Program-made: the position numbers and the translations under genes
DNA from: a virus
IMG/VR virus record: IMGVR_UViG_3300045988_047412
Location: 1-41,316 of that record
Reading direction: 5' to 3' (one strand)
DNA length: 41,316 bases
Notes under the pieces: model-generated
Told to the model about the DNA's origin: nothing
Seen by the model: the letters and a program-made list of their open reading frames with translations, nothing else
The model's database searches: none
Shown: positions 39,252 to 41,316 of the stretch, piece after piece
Position numbering within the stretch: position 1 is the stretch's first letter
Layout: each line of letters starts with the position of its first letter

Positions 39252-40222
39252 CTTCAAAAATGTTGTTGGAGCAGTATATGGCGGAACGTCATGCTCTTGG
39301 GTTCAGCCTGAAAACGGATGAGGGTTGTATCCGGCGCTTCCTCCAGGACTTTGCTGAGCCCGATGATGGAGAGATTTCGTTTACAAAAGAATATGTTTTA
39401 GACCATATTGGAAACAGACGGAACCTGCAAACCAATACCATCCTCAGAGATGTCAGCGCAATCAATGGATTTCTCGATTTTGTGATCCGCAAAGGCTATA
39501 CAGCATATAAGATCCCTCCTAAATCTCTCCCGAAAGAAAACCGCAATTTTAGAGCCTATATTTTTACGGACGACGAGATTGAGCGGATGCTGACTGCAGC
39601 GGATCATGTGCCATTTACGGAGCAGAACCCTGCACGAAAATACCAGATTCCTGTTATGTTCCGAATCTTATTCAACTGCGGATTGCGTACTTCTGAATTG
39701 CTTAAACTGCGCATGTGCGATGTAAACCTCAAAGGAAATGTGTTTACCATTTTGGATACGAAATTTCACAAAAACCGCTTGGTGCCATTCTCTGATACAG
39801 TTGCAGAATCCTTGACTCAATATCTGGAAATGTCCCCTCCAAAATCTACAGATTCCTTGCTTTTTCCAAGTTTGAACCCACGCAGCAACGGCGGAAGATA
39901 CGGGAACAGTTGGCTGCAAGCTCAATTTCGCCAGCTCCTCAGAACGGCGGGTATTCCTTACAATGGTTCAGGAAAAGGCCCTCGGCCTCATGATATCCGC
40001 CACACATTTGCGGTACACTGTCTTAACAACTGGGTCCTTTCGGGTGAAGATCTTACCGCTGCGCTACCCGTACTTTCACGGTATCTTGGACATAATGGAC
40101 TGACCGGCACGCAAAAATATCTTCAATTGACGGCGCAAATGTACCCAGATATTGTTGCCAAATTAGAAGTGCAATTTGGTGGTCTCATTCCCCAGATGGA
40201 GGTGTCCAATGAAAGCATCTGA
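39248..40222 (+). CDS. Tyrosine recombinase, second of trio (RitB-like)
   Basis: 324 aa from MTSKMLLEQY; ATGA overlap with the first gene; PHDIRHTFAVHCL...YLGHNGLTGTQKYLQLT. Confidence 0.85.
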   Translation: MTSKMLLEQYMAERHALGFSLKTDEGCIRRFLQDFAEPDDGEISFTKEYVLDHIGNRRNLQTNTILRDVSAINGFLDFVIRKGYTAYKIPPKSLPKENRNFRAYIFTDDEIERMLTAADHVPFTEQNPARKYQIPVMFRILFNCGLRTSELLKLRMCDVNLKGNVFTILDTKFHKNRLVPFSDTVAESLTQYLEMSPPKSTDSLLFPSLNPRSNGGRYGNSWLQAQFRQLLRTAGIPYNGSGKGPRPHDIRHTFAVHCLNNWVLSGEDLTAALPVLSRYLGHNGLTGTQKYLQLTAQMYPDIVAKLEVQFGGLIPQMEVSNESI

Positions 40223-41222
40223 CTTCTCCAAATTTTTGACGCAGTACCTTACACACTATCTGCCCGTCCAGAGAAATCTGAGCAGCAATACAATTCGTTC
40301 CTACCGGGATACGTTTAAACTCCTCCTGATTTTTTGCAGAGACGAGAAAGGCTTTAATATTGCAAAGCTGAATCTGTCCAAGTTGGACAAAAAGTGTATA
40401 GAGGACTTCCTTCTGTGGCTGACTAATACCAGAGGTTCTTCCCCATCTACTTACAACCAGCGCCTTTGCGCCATTCACGCTTTCTTTGATTATGTTATGA
40501 CCGAAGAACCGACGTATATGGAGCAGTGCATTTTAATCCTCAAAATTCCAAGCATGGTATCTCCCGACCCGCCCGCGCAGTACTTAACGCCAGAAAATTT
40601 GAAACATTTATTGTCTATGCCGGATACCTCTACTCCTAAAGGACGGAGGCATCTTGTCTTGCTAACTGTTTTGTATGATACAGCAGCTCGTGTTAGTGAA
40701 CTTGCGGATATTTGTATGCGGGATGTGCGATTAGATTTCCCAGCAGTTATTACTCTGCATGGAAAAGGCGGGAAGATTCGTACAGTGCCTCTCATGAAAC
40801 CGACTACTGAATTGTTACGTAGTTACCTTGAGGAAAACCACATTGATTTGCGACGAAACCCAGATATGCCCCTGTTTTGGAATGGAAGCAGACACAAACT
40901 GACCCGTTCTGGAATTACATACATCGTCCAGAAATATGCAGATATGGCACGGGAAACTGCCTCTGGGATGCCTACCAAAATCTCGCCTCATATTTTTCGC
41001 CATACGAAAGCCATGCATATGGTACAGGCCAATGTTAATCCGGTCTTTATTAAAGATTATCTGGGACACGCCGACATCTCTACCACTGAGGTCTATGCCA
41101 GAGCAGACAATGAAGCCAAGCGAGCTGCTTTGGAGAAGGCTACAGCCCATCTTGATCTACCGAAAGCATCTCAGTGGGAACAGGATGCTGAGTTGATTGA
41201 ATGGCTGTCCTCGCTTGGCTAA
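40209..41222 (+). CDS. Tyrosine recombinase, third of trio (RitC-like)
   Basis: 337 aa from MKASDFSKFL; RBS GGAGGTG; 14-nt overlap with the second gene; PHIFRHTKAMHMV...YLGHADISTTEVYARAD. Confidence 0.85.
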   Translation: MKASDFSKFLTQYLTHYLPVQRNLSSNTIRSYRDTFKLLLIFCRDEKGFNIAKLNLSKLDKKCIEDFLLWLTNTRGSSPSTYNQRLCAIHAFFDYVMTEEPTYMEQCILILKIPSMVSPDPPAQYLTPENLKHLLSMPDTSTPKGRRHLVLLTVLYDTAARVSELADICMRDVRLDFPAVITLHGKGGKIRTVPLMKPTTELLRSYLEENHIDLRRNPDMPLFWNGSRHKLTRSGITYIVQKYADMARETASGMPTKISPHIFRHTKAMHMVQANVNPVFIKDYLGHADISTTEVYARADNEAKRAALEKATAHLDLPKASQWEQDAELIEWLSSLG

Positions 41223-41241
41223 AACTCCAAAATATTATGCA

Positions 41242-41281
41242 CAGTGAAACAGAGTAAAATGCTCTGTTTCACTGCTTTTTA
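41242..41281 (+). terminator. Intrinsic terminator of the recombinase trio
   Basis: CAGTGAAACAGAG-taaaatg-CTCTGTTTCACTG (perfect 13-bp stem) followed by CTTTTTAT. Confidence 0.8.
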
Positions 41282-41316
41282 TGGAGGTGCTATACATAAT
41301 TGATTTCTGTTCATAA

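Larger units (their letters stand above)
37892..41316 (+). mobile_element. Recombinase-in-trio (RIT-type) element, about 3.45 kb; continues to position 147 across the circular junction
   Basis: Three overlapping tyrosine recombinase genes. Inverted end modules ATTATGA-N9-AATTATG (37892..37914 vs 98..120) and CTGTGCATAAT (37965..37975 vs 41234..41244). Flanked by the two halves of one ORF. Confidence 0.75.

Overview
The first 119 bp of the window are identical to the last 119 bp, so it closes on itself. It reads as one complete, GC-rich temperate siphovirus-type phage or prophage genome of 41,197 unique bp. The gene content looks Clostridia/Oscillospiraceae-like, but this is inferred from remembered protein motifs; no searches were run. 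Almost all genes are on the minus strand. The early replication/recombination module runs 6077->148 (Cro-like HTH, Lar, Gp157, ERF, NinB-like, HNH, SSB, replisome organizer, RusA). It continues across the circular junction into a C5-methyltransferase gene and small early-late genes (37891->34029). A 0.9-kb non-coding block follows (34028->33133). Then come the ParB-methylase, terminase, portal, MuF, scaffold, capsid, connectors, tail, tape measure, fibre and lysis genes (33132->14488), and a seven-gene cargo operon of unknown function (14055->10886). The plus strand carries the lysogeny block: a low-GC immunity island (6259-8833), a membrane-anchored HTH protein and a large serine integrase (9038-10814).

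Main observations:
1. A three-tyrosine-recombinase (RIT-type) mobile element splits the phage C5-methyltransferase gene exactly at motif VI.
2. That methyltransferase is itself circularly permuted: motifs I-II are fused in frame after motif X.
3. The largest non-coding block holds a tRNA-like element with a collapsed anticodon arm next to about 500 nt of hairpin-rich sequence, a candidate large structured RNA of the ROOL/GOLLD kind.
4. A family of GC-rich hairpins shows the same TGTTGCAGAG loop on compensatory stems around the lysis-lysogeny switch. Two of them form a promoter-to-terminator small-RNA candidate.
5. The post-lysis cargo operon has spore-surface-like protein composition.
6. The MuF head protein has a low-GC C-terminal extension with a JAB/MPN-like motif.

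No CRISPR array, rRNA or reverse transcriptase was seen.
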